The notes under the pieces were generated by a model, which ran no database searches, had not been told where the DNA came from, and saw only the letters and a list, made by a program, of their open reading frames with translations. This document shows, piece after piece, positions 1 to 13,500 of a DNA stretch of 64,000 nt. A program made the translations under genes and the position numbers. Origin of the DNA: Amoebophrya sp. A120 (Eukaryota > Protista > Dinoflagellata); NCBI GenBank assembly GCA_905178155.1, contig CAJINV010000010.1:1695182-1759181 (forward strand). Direction: 5' to 3'. Position 1 is the stretch's first letter; each line of letters begins with the position of its first letter.

Positions 1-875
1 AGATATCCATTCGAAATCATGAAAAAAATATGAAGAAATTGGAGAGAAAATAAAGAATTATAAAACATATTTAGAATCTTCTTCAGGAGATCTCATCGAT
101 ATCATCCATTTTCATTAGATTTTTTCTGATATATTCGCATTATAGGATTCATAGATGATTCGATGAAAAATTCCTGTTATTCTAAAAGATCTAGATCTCA
201 GATTCAGATAGATAATGTAATCAGATCGATAGATGATATTATTGAGAGAAAATGAAAGAAAAGAAATACACCATAAAATTTCGATATCAATCTATCAATC
301 CATGATTGATTTCCGAAAGAGAAAATATATTCAATGAGATATTGTATCCAAACAACCAAAAGAAAATCTTCAATCATCTCGAGAATGATACACCACACAA
401 TTTCATACATATATCAATCATTCGAGATTCCATCTCTAATTGCAGAAAAAAGATTCAGATATTGGATGAGGGAAGAGTCAATTTGTGTAGAATCAATTGT
501 GTCATACAACCAGAGAAAAATAATCTTCATGGATCTTGAGCAAGATACACCACGAAATTTCGATATCACTCCAGATTCCATCCATAATTGATTCCAGAAA
601 GAGAAAACAAATTAACACACAACGCATTGTTTTTCATACAATCTCTTTCCGAATCCGAGGCCAACATTATTTAACGAAGTCCACATTTCTTCATGTTCAT
701 CCATGTGTAACATATGCACTCGGTCGTCTGGTTTGTGGTTGGTTTTCTTGTGTTCTCTCCATCGCTTTATTTTGGTCCTGGTGTAGCGTCCATCATCAAA
801 TGTTGTGGTCTACAATTTTCATCTCGAAATTGAAAAACTTGTTCTTCTCAAAACGAAAAAAAATCGCTCATTCCT

Positions 876-3349
876 TCACCTCCGCTCTCTCCTCTCAGCA
901 TCCCGTCCGCGTGACCCGTATTGCCGGTTTCCACCACCGCGTTCCTCTCCACCTCCCCGCTGTGGTCCACCACCAGCTCCTCTATCCCGACTCCGACTCC
1001 GGTGGCTGTGCAACGGCCGCGCCCTAGGCGAATGGTGGTCCACTCGCGGTGGGGTCTTGTGGTGAAATTTCGTGTCCCTCGGCAGCGCAGCCGATCGCCG
1101 GTCCGAGATGGATTCTTGCGCCCGGACGGGTTGCAAAGTGGTAGTTGTCCTGCCGCGAGAGTCGTTGGCTTTATTTCGACGACCGCGGCTGTCGTTGCGC
1201 CGACCACGATCGCGGCGTCCCCGACTGTCGTTCTTGTTCCTGCTCGCGGGCGGCAGAGCACTCGGGCCACCTCCCCGCGATGATGTCGCATTATTATCCG
1301 GCGCATGCGACCCACTTGCACCACCTCCTGCTCCGTTCCTTGACTTGCCCTGGTCCTTCCCGGCGGAAAAATCTTCTTCTGAATCAGATTCAGAGGAAGA
1401 ACTGGACTCACTCGATGAACTTTCCTCCTCTTCCGACTCTTCTTTCTGCAGCAGGTTCAATTCTTGCTGTAACTTCTTCAATTTCGAGTTCACTAATTTC
1501 GATCGCTTCATCTCCTTCTGCCGTTTTTTTTCCGCTTTTTTCTGGTTCTTTTTCTCCTTCTTCAACCGCTTTTTCTCTCGTTTTTCCTCCTTTTTTTTCT
1601 TCTTCAATTCCTCCTTTTTCTTCGCCCGCTCCAAGGATTGATCTCGTTTTTCGATGACTTTCCGCTGGATCAATTCCTCGTCCTTCAACATTTTCATCCA
1701 GTTATCCAGTGCAAAAGTAATATCGCACTCGTACTAATCGCAGTGATGCATCAGAATTCTAGATGTTAAGAGAAATCCGCATTACAGATTCAATTTGTAA
1801 TGCTGAGCCAATTTGAATTGCAATTCATACTTAGTGCGATACTTTTGCAATGCATACCAGTGCTTCATCTCCTTGGCCAATGCGATCGCCATCTTCACGC
1901 CATCCAACGTTGGGGAGAGAACCCGCTCCACGGATTCCAACTGCTTCACAATCGCCTCGCCCTGACGGATGATCGGGGACCGGTACTTGTACTCTAATGG
2001 GTTCAACGACGCATTTTTGCTGTCGCCGTGTTTCCCAAACTCGATAAACTCGTCGACAAATTCGTACTTGTGGAGGTTTTCGAAAAACAACCCCGTCCGC
2101 TTCCAGCTCGTCGTCTGTTGAAACTCGTCGTAGGACAAGGAATCCAACAAATCCTTGACCTGGTTGCTCGCGTCGTCGAATCTCGCCTGAATCCGCTCCT
2201 TCACGTCGGACACCACCTGTTTCGGGTCGAATTTGTAGTCGTTGAGGTTCAGGACTTTCTTATCCCCAGAAGTTGCCGAGAAGTACATCCGCAGCTGCTC
2301 TTGAAATCCGATGTTAGGGAAGCAAGCCGGTCGTTTTTTCTCCACGAATTTAAACACGTTCTCGAAGCTCAAGTCGTTGAAATCTACATCCTTCGCGGCT
2401 TCCGGATCTTTCTGCATTAAAGCGAAAGCTTCGTCGCCGAAGCCATATTTCATGATGTACGCGATGACCAACGCGGAGGACCGGGAAATTCCTTTTTGGC
2501 AGTGGACCAAAACCCGTTCTTTCTTCTTAAAACAGTCGTGGATGAACTTGATCGCCGGTTCGTAGTGGGGTTTCAAATCGAACATCGGCGTGTCCAAAAC
2601 CGGGCAGCGGAAATAGGAAACGGAGCCCAGCATGGCTTTCCCCGTGCCCTGGTTGATCACGTTATGCATTGCAGAAGTATCGTACTAGTATAAATCGCAT
2701 GACAAATTCGGTCAGCATGATAAATGAAGTTTGTCATGCTGTTTTACCTTGGAAAGGAGATTTGTAATGCATGATTGCAATTACTACGAGTACGATACTT
2801 TTGCACAGGATACACGTTGGGCATCATCTTTTTGTCGAAAAAGAAGGGGAGATTCGGGTGGCAGACGACCACATTGAGAATTCCGGAGGATTCTATCCTG
2901 ATTAAAAATGTTCCCACACGACCAGAGTCAAGATGGGAAATCTGCTAGACAAATCGACCAGCTTTCGCTGTTTCGCATGACAGACAAGTTTGCCCTCATA
3001 GTGTGATCCTGTTTCGCTAGTTCAGTAGCATCACAGATCTAGCATATCATGCTGATTCTAGCATCACAAAGTCCAAAACACGACTAGAGTCTGCTTCTCA
3101 TGGGGCTTCGCATGAGAAACTTTTTTGGTATGCTGATTTGCAAGACAACTCTGGGGTGGGTATGTTCTTTTTACTCAGCATAGATTTCAACTTTTCCCAA
3201 TCCTGCGCGCCCGTCGCGTCGCCGAGGAACAGGCCCCAATCAGTAATTTGGTGGAAGTGCGCATCGACCTTGAAAAGCTCCTCGAAAAAGGAATAAGCCC
3301 GGTCGGACTTGTCCGCGTTGAAGAGCTTGCGGGGGGCGGGGGCCGACAT
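876..3349 (-). CDS. Dual-specificity protein phosphatase with Lys/Glu coiled-coil and Arg/Ser-rich C-terminal tail (4 exons, ~621 aa)
   Basis: HCQKGISRS active-site motif, LFLGD and PNIGFQEQL DUSP motifs. Exons about 3349-3183, 2888-2813, 2657-1857 and 1697-876 join in frame after removing 3 introners. Confidence 0.88.
1703..1856. mobile_element. Introner, family A (TIR ~TATNNNNTGCAAAAGTATCGTACT)
   Basis: TA..TA ends, DR CCAGT/CCAGT; removal gives HW|MKM in frame. Confidence 0.9.
2663..2812. mobile_element. Introner, family A
   Basis: DR CACGT/CACGT; in-frame join PNV|INQ. Confidence 0.9.
2894..3182. mobile_element. Introner, family B (TATCCTGAGTAAAAACGT...)
   Basis: DR GATTC/GATTT; inverted relative to copies at 49256 and 59222. 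Confidence 0.85.
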
Positions 3350-4561
3350 TTTCTTTGGAGGGAGGGTGTTTTTCTCTTCGTAAAGTTGATGTTTAGGTCG
3401 TGGGTCTAGTTGTAGTTCTTTATCATGGGAGGTTATTTGTTAACTAACAAAACATCTGTACTCATCGTAGTGCTACGAGTGTACTAAGTTGCGTACTAAG
3501 TTGCTACTACTAAAATTGCTTGTCCTGTGAACGAAGTGAGGCGGAGCAATGAGAATGACATCGACAGGTGAAGAACAAAATGACATATAAAAGTTGCTGA
3601 GTAATGGGTTCTTGTTTTTTCTAAGTTCAACTTCAATGCATACGAACGTAGGACGTGGGTAACATTGAAATCAATATCAACTTGAGATCTTGATTTGCCA
3701 CCGGGGTGTTTCTAATAAAAGCGCAAGGAGTAATAAAAGCTTAAGGAGCGAGACTACTAATTCTACATCACAACGAAGCATCTGATCTACTAGATCTTTG
3801 TGTTCCTTGTCATCGTCGTGGAGTAGCAAACTGAATTTCATCTACTAGATGCAACTCAAAAATAGGTGCATACAGAGATCGTCGAGGGGCAACATGGAGG
3901 AAGTGGAGCTAAGCGATCGCAAGCGTTTGTCCACGAACTTTTGCTTCGCGATGGTGCAGCCGACGTCAGGTGGAACATCAACATCGACCATCGAAGATTC
4001 CCGTCCTATGTTGTGGCGAAAACTTCTTAACGAGACAAACGAAAATAAAGGCGACGGATCGCGCGCACTCCTGCACCTTCTCAAGGTCGTCCTCCGATGT
4101 TCTTATTTTTCCATTGCGCAGCTTTGGTTTCAAACTTCGAGTTCAAGAATTATAAAAAGCGAAATCACGTCTGGTGAGTTTTGGTGGATCTATCAATGAA
4201 TGGAGCCGGAAAATATACTGGGCCGTCGTGATCATCTGTGACTCCAGCATCGACGCTGCTATGTTGACGCGGTGCATATAGCTTCTTTAGATGTCCGAAT
4301 AGGTTCTGCCATCCAGTCAATACTCGAGGAGATTCGTCATCTTCTCATGCGCATGAGTTGAAACTATAATTCTTGCTAGCTGCTAGGCAGTTCGTTTATT
4401 CGCCGGTGAAAAATTTACAATGCATTTTCAAACAAATCAAATTCAAAGCATAGGCTTCTTTACTTTGTTCTCTGCTCACGAGGAGCTCTTCCTCTTCCTT
4501 TACCTTTGCTTAAATCCTACCCACCTGGCTGCAGAAACGGCGTCCACTGCGCTTCCAACCT

Positions 4562-7500
4562 CTACTTCCCCACGGTGGCCATCTTCGCGGCCCCAGACTC
4601 GTGCATCACTTTATGCATGTCCGGAACCGAAATCTCGTACAGTTTCGCACCCTCGAGCAGAATCTCGGCAATCGCGGTGATCGCCCGGCTGCACTTCCAC
4701 AAGCAGTCCCGGCTGATCTCGTTGTTGTCCCGACCACCCGGACCGCCCCATTGCTGTTGGTTCCACTGCTGATCCTGCTGCAGGTTGTAGTCCTGTCGTG
4801 GCCCGTTCGGCAGTGCCGGCGCTTCCGAAGATTTAGCGAACAGCGGGTTCCGGCGTTGTTGGACTGGTTCTTCTGCTCGGGCGTCATCCCAGAAAAACTT
4901 CCTCTCCTCTTTTTTTTCCACGACAGCTTCCGGGCTGGTGTGGTCCTTCTTCTGCAACTGCTGGGTCGTGACACCAGCAGCAGCACTACCACTCGAGTTG
5001 TTCATGCTCTGGTCCCTTTTTTGCGAAGGTTGATTTTTCTCGTCAAACACCGCAGGATCGATGAATTCGCGATCTCGACTACGTTCTCTGGACCGACTTT
5101 CCTTCCTCGCACCAGCACCGCGTCGGAGCGGCGCGAGAACTCTGCGCGCACGACTGTCACCGCGACCGCGCCCACGGCTGTCTCGTCGGCCGCGTGGTCC
5201 TCTCCTGCGACTGTCATTGTTCCTTCTACCGCCCCGGCTATCGTTCCTGCGAGGATTCCCCGCAGGCGCACTCTGGTTCCGGTTCCGGCTGTCATTCCGG
5301 TTGCTCCTAGAGCCTGTACCTTTCGACAGCGCACCAGCAGTCCCTCCTTCGGGTAAAGCAGGTGGTCCCCGGCTATCTTCCTTGTCACTTGGCACGTCCG
5401 CGTGATGGTTCCCCTCGTGGTTGAAGCTATCGTTGAATCGGCTGTAGTTGGTGTTTTGCCGTCCCCGGGGCTCCTCGGTGTCCATTTTCGTAGGAGGAGC
5501 TCTTCTCCGGCTGTCGTCCCGTCTAGGCGGAGGTCCTCGTACAGGAGGCTTTTCTCGACTGTCGTTGCGACGACTGTTTCGGGGACTGTACCGGTCTGCG
5601 TGGTCGCGGGTGTCTCTGTGACTGTTTCTCGGACTGTTTCTCCTAGGACTGTAGTTCCGGTCACGACCACGGCGGTCGCGGTCTGTGCTGTTCCGCCTGC
5701 CACGGTAGCTGTTGTTGTCCTCGCGACGTCGATCTCTGTCATCCCGGTCTGCTCGCTCTCGTGCAGCCGCAACTCGATCCCTCTCTCGATTGTCCCGCTT
5801 CTTCTTCTGCTCTTTATGCACGGATTCCAGCAGATTTTGATTCCCCGCGAGCATCAGTTCGATCAGTTGAATTACCATGGCCCGGTATCCAAGAAAAAAA
5901 CTGTGTTAGTGTAGGTCTTGTTTTGGGAAAACAGCATCACAAGTTCGTCTGCCATGACAGGAAAAACTTGTCATGCGTAAATAGGACGGGAAAACACGTA
6001 GGAAGCGAGCCTACCACGCATGTAGTGGAGCATGACAAGAGTATACTGTTTTGCATTTTCTGCATCACAGACTTACACTTACACAGTTTTTTTTCTTGCA
6101 TACCCGGAGTTCAAACACCGTGTCGCCGATCATCTCATTGCAGAATTCCAAATACAACCTCGTCACGTGCTGCTTCTTCTCCTCGTCCATGCCTTTCGTT
6201 TTGTGAGCGGACAATTCGTAAATCACCGGATTGTACTCCTGCGCCTTCTTCTCGAGGTCCGCCGCGGTTTGCCCCCCAAGTGGACCTTGTTGTTGACCAC
6301 TAGTTGCACCAGCGTTTTTATTTCCACCTATCGCTACATGAAGCGGCCCAACCGGCGCAGGGATGGCTCCCCGTGTGGGAATTTTCTTCAACTTCGTGAC
6401 ACAAGGAAGGATAAATTCGTTGTTCTTCGATTGGTAGTGTTCGCACTTCTTCAAATCGAGTAAGGGGTTGAGCAAAATCAACGGCATCGGGTCGTAAACA
6501 AGAGTGCAGTCCCGGGCGGTTTGCGTCGCCTTCGTGTCGGTCGATACCGCGTTCGAGGATCGTTCGAAGTACGCGACTAAGTAGGACGCGATACCCGCGT
6601 CCGGGTTGAAGTTCTTTCCGATCGCCAAGCCCTTCAAGGTCGGATCAGCCACGGCCAGATTCCGCCCCTTTTGTTGCTGCACCTGCTTAGACTGCTGGGG
6701 CTTCAGAGCGTTGCTGCAGAGGTTGTTTACAACCGAATTCCGGTCCGGTTCGCAGCGGACGTCGTCCACCAAGCAGCGAACAAACTTACAGTTGTCGCAG
6801 TTGGTCGGATTTGCAGAAGCGGCGATCGGGAAGCAGGCGGTTAACAAAGCGCGCGTCATGTTGGTTTCGTGCTATGGATTGCAAAAGTGTCTGGGTCTGG
6901 AAGAATCGGAACTTGTCATGCTTGTTGCGGTTCACACAAAAAGCTGTCTTGCGTGACTTGCAAAAGATGCATATTTCTGGCCGTACTGAGAGCGGATTTC
7001 TCATGCAGAATAGGCATTACCAAGGGACTGCAGAACTTGTGATGCTAAGCCCTGCATTACAGAGTTTGCGGACCTTGGCAGAATTGCATCACAAATCTCG
7101 CAATCTTCCAGACCCAGACATTTTTGCAGTTGATACGTGCGAGCAGTCGACGATGTCCAAGCAGCCGGATTTGAGTCGCATCTGTCTTTGCTTCTCCTCA
7201 ATTTGGTTCTTCAACCAATCGCCCGCCTTCAAGTCGTTTAACGAAGCGGACATAGGTTTCAAAGCTTTCAAACCACCGGAGGAGGAAGTGGCTTGGTTGT
7301 TTCCACTGGCGCTGCCCTTGCTTCCGCCTAACGGCATCGCGTTGGGGTTGTTTTTCCCACCACCCTTTCCACCGAAGGACGAACCTTTATTTCCAGCAGA
7401 AGCCGCGGCTGCGTTAGTTAGCATTTGCGCCTTAGTGATTTCGGCGGCGGCCGCAGCAGCTGCTGCGGCGCTTTCCTTTACCGCGGTGGGAAGTTTCGTG

Positions 7501-10500
7501 CCCATGACGCCGGCGAGCGCCATCTGGTTGGTCATCATGAGCTGTTTGTTCATTTCTGCAATTTGCTCCATTTGGTACTTGACCACTTCAGAATTGTTTC
7601 GGCTGCTGGCCTCCATCTTGCACCGATCGAGGATCTCCTGCACACCACTGTCGCCAAGCGATTTTACGACGGTGAAGCTGTTCTTTTTAATTTTGTGATT
7701 TGCTGACGTACTTTCAAAGAGGATCATGATAGCATGGAGGATAACGTCACTCACGACGGTACCATAATGACTGAAACAAGAGAGCAATAATACCGTCGGG
7801 GGTAAAATTATACTGCATGGTATGCTTACGTTTCAAATTTAAGTTAGAGACGCTGGCAGTTGTCGTGCACAAAAGCAAGTATGTCTGTACGAGATCACTC
7901 GACGCCCTTCACAGAATCGGATAGGAGCTGAGCATAATCTCAGCCAAGAAAGTGAAACAGGCTGAGACACACTCCGAGCAAGATTTTTTTCGCTTTGAAA
8001 GTTTGCTCTAGTACCATTGGGATAGAGGAGGTCAAGTATAAGGGCCGGATAGAATAAAACCAGCAACTTGCCGCCGACCGTATGGTACGAAGGTTTGATT
8101 TATATGTGATTTTGATCTTGATGATCTTGTCTTTCTTGATCTTCGTGATCGTGATATCAATCCCACACAAAAGTAAGTAAATTTATCTGAAAGTAGTACG
8201 TTTTCATATATCCGGTTTGCATCCGTGTGTTCAGCTCCTCAAACTGTTTCGTGTTGTTTTCCAAGGTGACCTGATCGAGAAACTCGTCATCCGCACTCAC
8301 AAAAGAGCCCATCATTCCGCGGTTGTTTCGCTGCGAATTGTAGTTGGAGCCCCAGCCGTCCCAATTATCCCAGTTATCGTACGGGTCTTGCATGTTGTCG
8401 AAGGTGATCCCGTTTTTCCGCATGTAATCCTTGTAAATCTTCGCCAGCAGCACGTGGTCGGAGAACGTGTTTTCCGCTTTTTTTTCCCGCATATGACAGT
8501 GCACAACTCCCCCCCCTCGTTTGTCATGCAAAATACCCAATCCACCCTTTGCCTCTTGGCTCTGTTTGCATGACAAGTTCTAGTAGCCCAACTAAGTAGC
8601 ACTAGTACACTCCAGTGCAAATTTGTCATGCAAAACTGGCACTTCTGCTGATGCGCGTATTGCCGTTCAGGCTGTACAACTTCCAAGTGAGGAGGAGGGG
8701 GGGTTGTGCACTCTCATACCGCATCGCAATCGCTTGGTGCTCCATGTCCTGCCGGACCCGGCAGAAGGGCGATTTCTGCGTGATTTATCAACTGCAAAAA
8801 TGTCTGGGTCTGGAAGAGTCGGGGCCTGTCATGCACATTTTGCATGACCCGTGAGGTCTGTGATGCTGGTGCTAGGATCACAGATCTTTTGAGGGCTTCT
8901 TGATGCTAGTTACGCATGAGAAACGCCCTCTCCGCGTGCCAAGAGCTGACTCCTCTTGCTGCTCATGCAACACAGATATTTTTAGAATCCGCAGACAGCA
9001 TTACAAGTTCCACTTCCACTCTTCCAGATCCAGACAAATTTGCAATCCATATGATTCCGCACGCCACAATCGTGATCTGCTCATACAACTTCGGTAGATT
9101 CAACGCCTTGGAGAACAAATCCCCGAGCAGAAACAACCGCGCCAGCGTCGGGTGTAACGGAACCTGGGAGAGTTGCCGGCCTAGGGGGATTATGAATTGC
9201 AAAAACATCGTGCTAGTAGCAATTGCAATACAAATTGCCTCAGCATTACAAATTGAATTTGTAATGCGGATTTGCCTTAGGAACTAGATTTGTAATGCAT
9301 AAATGCAATTAGTACGAGTACGATGATTTTGCACAGGATAGGTGTTAAGACCTCGTAGTACTCCTTCCGGGGGATGGCGTTTTCTTTGATTTCCTCCATT
9401 TTCTCTCGGATCTTCTCCTGCTCTTTCTCCAGAAGTTCTGCAAGCTGGCCCGCGTTCTTTCCGTTAGCGGCACCACCTGCCAGTGCGGGGACCATCTGTC
9501 CTTTGCCGTTCTGAACCATTATCTGGTTATTTACCGTGCGGGTCATTGCACCAGCAGCTCCCACCATTTTGTTCGCCATGTTGTTCATCATCATCCCGCC
9601 AGGTTTCATACCACCTTTCATGTTCGCAGCTGCCATCACCGTTGTTTGGATCCCCTTCCCGGCAAACCTCCCCGCTGCAAGCAAGACCTGCTGACTCGCC
9701 TGCAGCTGCTTTTGTGCCGCGACCGCGGACATCAAGGGGGTGAGCTTCGGCTTGGTCGCTGCATTTGCCGCTGCGAGCTGCAAGCTATTCGGGTTTGGTT
9801 TCAAGACTAAAGCACCAGCAGCTGCTGCGCCAGTTGTACTTGCCGCTGTTCCAGCAACTGTTGGGTTCGTGATGGCCGCTAGTTTATCCGCGGCTGCCTG
9901 TATCTCCTCGTCTTTCGGTTGGTCTTTCATTTCAATCCGCCGGATCGCACCCAAAGCTTCCAGCAATTGAATTGCGTTTTCCACCGCTTTCCGTTCCGGC
10001 GGCGCGATCGCGCGCTGTAAGATCTTAGCAACCGATTCGTTCCGACCGATACCTAAATTTGGGTTCATGGCTTTTAATTGCAAAACCAAGCTCTCCACGG
10101 GCGTGCGGAGCATCTCTGGTTTTTCCTGCAGTTCGAAGTGGTCATACTGCTTTTTCGTGTACGCCGCAAAAAACTTTCCCGGCCGGCACCGCCCCGCCCG
10201 ACCTCTCCGCTGCCGCACGTTCGACTTCGCGACGAAGAGGGTTTCCAAACCGGAGCTGTTCGTGCTCGGGTTGTACGCGACCGCTCGGTGCCACCCGGAG
10301 TCAATCACGTGGACGATATCGGAAACGGTGATACTAGTTTCCGCGATGTTGGTGGCGACAATGATCTTCCGGACTCCTTTTTCCGGTAAATCAAAGACCC
10401 GAGACTGCTATCCTACGAAAAAAGTGTTTCACTGTAAGGATTTTGCAAGTTTTGCATCACAAGTTTGTCCTACATCACAGAGAAAATTTGCCATGCGAGA

Positions 10501-13500
10501 TTCCTAAGGGAAAACACGGCTAAAAATCCATTGTCTTGCATGTGTAGCAAGACAAACACCTCTCAGATGCATTTTCTGCATTACAAGTTTACAGTGAAAC
10601 AGTTTTTTCTTGCGATAACTGCTCGCGCTTCTCGACTGTGGAGTGCAAACGCAAGATCAAATATTCGTCCCGGTTTTGAAACACCGTGTTCTGCAACAAC
10701 GTACACACGTCGCAAATTTCCCGCCACCCGGGGACGAAAATCATGATCGCGCCCGGTTCATCCTTTTGCTTCTCCTCCAACACGTAGTGATATCCTGTGC
10801 AAAAGTATCTTACTCGTAGTGATTTTTGCTAACATGCATTACAAATTTCTTTCTCAGGTTAATAAATCGACATTACAAATTGTCCTTCTCATGCTGAGAA
10901 GATTTGTCATGCGATTTATACTAGTACGATGCTTTTGCATTTCATAAGTGAATGTACTCGACAATCCGCGCGATCATCTCCGCGTCGAACCTGGAAACTT
11001 CGAAATCCCCCGTGTACATCCATTGCCGTTCCCCTTGCATCATGCGTTGCTTCATGTTCTGAAACTCCTTGCCCATCGGGGTTTTGAATTTATACGGCTT
11101 ATACGTCGGGTCCTTGTTCACCCCCTTGATCCCGAACTCCGGTGCGATGTCGGGCAGCAAATCGTTGAGGTATTTTTCCTATCAAATGCAAAAATGTCTG
11201 GGTCTGGAAACTTGTGATGCTGGTTGGAGTATCATGAGGCGGCCACAAGTGCTGGCTCAGCATGACAAGTTTCTGAGCTTCGGGGTGTTGCCTATTCTGC
11301 ATGACATACTGCGTTTCTGCATGACAAAAAAACGGGGCTCTTGGGTAACGTGCATGACAGACTTTGGGGTCATGCTGGCAGAGCATGACAGACCTTCCAT
11401 TCTTCCAGACCCAGACATTTTTACGTTTCATATTTCTTCAATCGGGTACACCGTCGCACCCGGCATTTCACAGAGCGCGGTTTTTAGCTGAAAGCCGTCG
11501 AGTTTATTATTCGAGTCAGTCGTGGAGGCAGCTGCAGCTGCTGTGGCGACGTTTTTGTCCTTAATCGCCGCGTCTTTGTCCTTGTCCTTGTCTTTGTTTT
11601 TCTCCTTTTTTTCCTTTTCCTTCTCCTGTTCCTTCGCAACCAGTTCCGACACCCCTTTCTCAAAGTAGTCCGCCATGGCGTTGGCGTCGATCGTCGCGGA
11701 CATGAGAATCAGCTTCAACGGGATCATATGCATTGCAAAGGCATCGCACTAGTATAAACTGCATTACAAATAATTTTTCCGTAGGTTTCTAAGAATTGCA
11801 TTTGTGATGCTAACCCAGGTAGAAGGTTACTAGATTTGTCATGCATTGTTGCAATCAGAACTACGAGTGCAATGCTTTTGCAGAGGATAAATCAACTTCT
11901 TCTCCCCGTCCCCGATGTCAATAGGCGTGGTTGCTCGGACTTTCAACACATCGCGAAGGATCAACAGCAAAAAGTCCGTCGCCACCCCCCTCTCGTGCAC
12001 CTCGTCGACAATGATCGCGTTATGAACTGCAAAAGTATCGTACTCGTACAAATGCATTACAAATTTTCTCAGCATAAGAGATAAAATTTGTAATGCGGAT
12101 TTACCTTAAGAAAAAGATTTGTAATGCATGACTGCAATACGAGTACGATACTTTTGCACAGGATACGCGTCGTATTCGGGTAACAACGGGTCGGACTCTA
12201 ATTGCTTCAGCAAAATCCCGACCGTATCAACTGTAAAAATGTCTGGGTCTGGAAGATTCTGACACTTGTCATGCACGTTTTGCATGAGCCCTGATGTCTG
12301 TGATGCATGCCCTAGCATCACAGATTTTTTGACGGCTTCTGGATGCCTATTCCGCATGACAAATGCCCTCTCCGCGTAGCAAAAATTGCATTCCTTTTGG
12401 TACTCATGCAATACAGATTTTTCTGGAATCCAAATGCAGCATCACAAGCTGCATTCTTCCAGACCCAGACATTTTTGCATTTGATAGACCGTGCAGTAGA
12501 TCAACTCCGTTTTCTCCCTGCTGATCATGCGGTCGAATCGGACCTGGTACCCGATTTTTTCCCCGATGTTCTCCCCCCGTTCCCACGCCACCCGCTCCGC
12601 GACGGAGGTGGCGGAAATGCGTCGCGGCTGTGTACAGATGATCTTCCGGATGCGGCCGGGAGGGGATCGGTAGTAGTCGTCTTCTTTCGATTTTTCCAAG
12701 CCGGTATCAAGTGCAAAAATGTCTGGGTCTGGAAAAGTGTAAACTTCTCATGCAGATTTTCCATGAGGTCCGGAATGCGGAAATTAGTATGACAGACTCT
12801 GCGAGGTCTCTGCCATGCCTATCCTGCATGAGAAACCGCCTTCCAACTTGGTCAAAAGTGGACAGCTTTTGGCACTCATGCAACACAGATTTTTGCATGC
12901 TTCAGATTTACCATGACAAGTTGCCACCTTCCAGACCCAGACATATTTGCAATTGATAGCCGGCGGCCAACGCTTTCGTTTTTTCGTTTGCCTGGTACTG
13001 ACTTTCCTTCGCCCAAAACTCCATCAGCAACTGGGGTAATTGTGTCGTCTTACCACTTATGCAATACAAATTTCCTGTACATGTACAAAATGCATCACAA
13101 ATGTCACCAACTTGGAGCATGCCACTTGTCATGCTGAATAGAATGTAGAAGAGAACTTTGTCATGCAGAAACCGCATTTGTACATGTACAGGAAATTTAC
13201 TGTGGATACCACTACCGGTTTCCGCACAGAGAACCACCACATCTGCTTTCGACACCGCAACGAGGAAGTGGCACTGTTTCTGGTACGCGGGTAAGTTCTG
13301 CCTTTTCGCTACATTTTGGAAGTAGTAGTGGCTATAGGAGAGCTTGATCTTCGTGTGGATCTCCTGCGTTCGCTCATCGACCGGCGGGTTGATCAGTTTG
13401 TTGCTATGCATCGCAAGAGCATTGCACTTAGTAGAAAGCGCGTCACAAATTTGATTTTAGCAGCAAAAGTGGAATTTGTATTTGTAATGCTGATTGAGGT

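Noticed and set aside
3780-4360. Possible gene or transposase remnant between the phosphatase and the helicase
   Set aside because: Multiple stops and no recognisable motif; a tblastx search would be needed.
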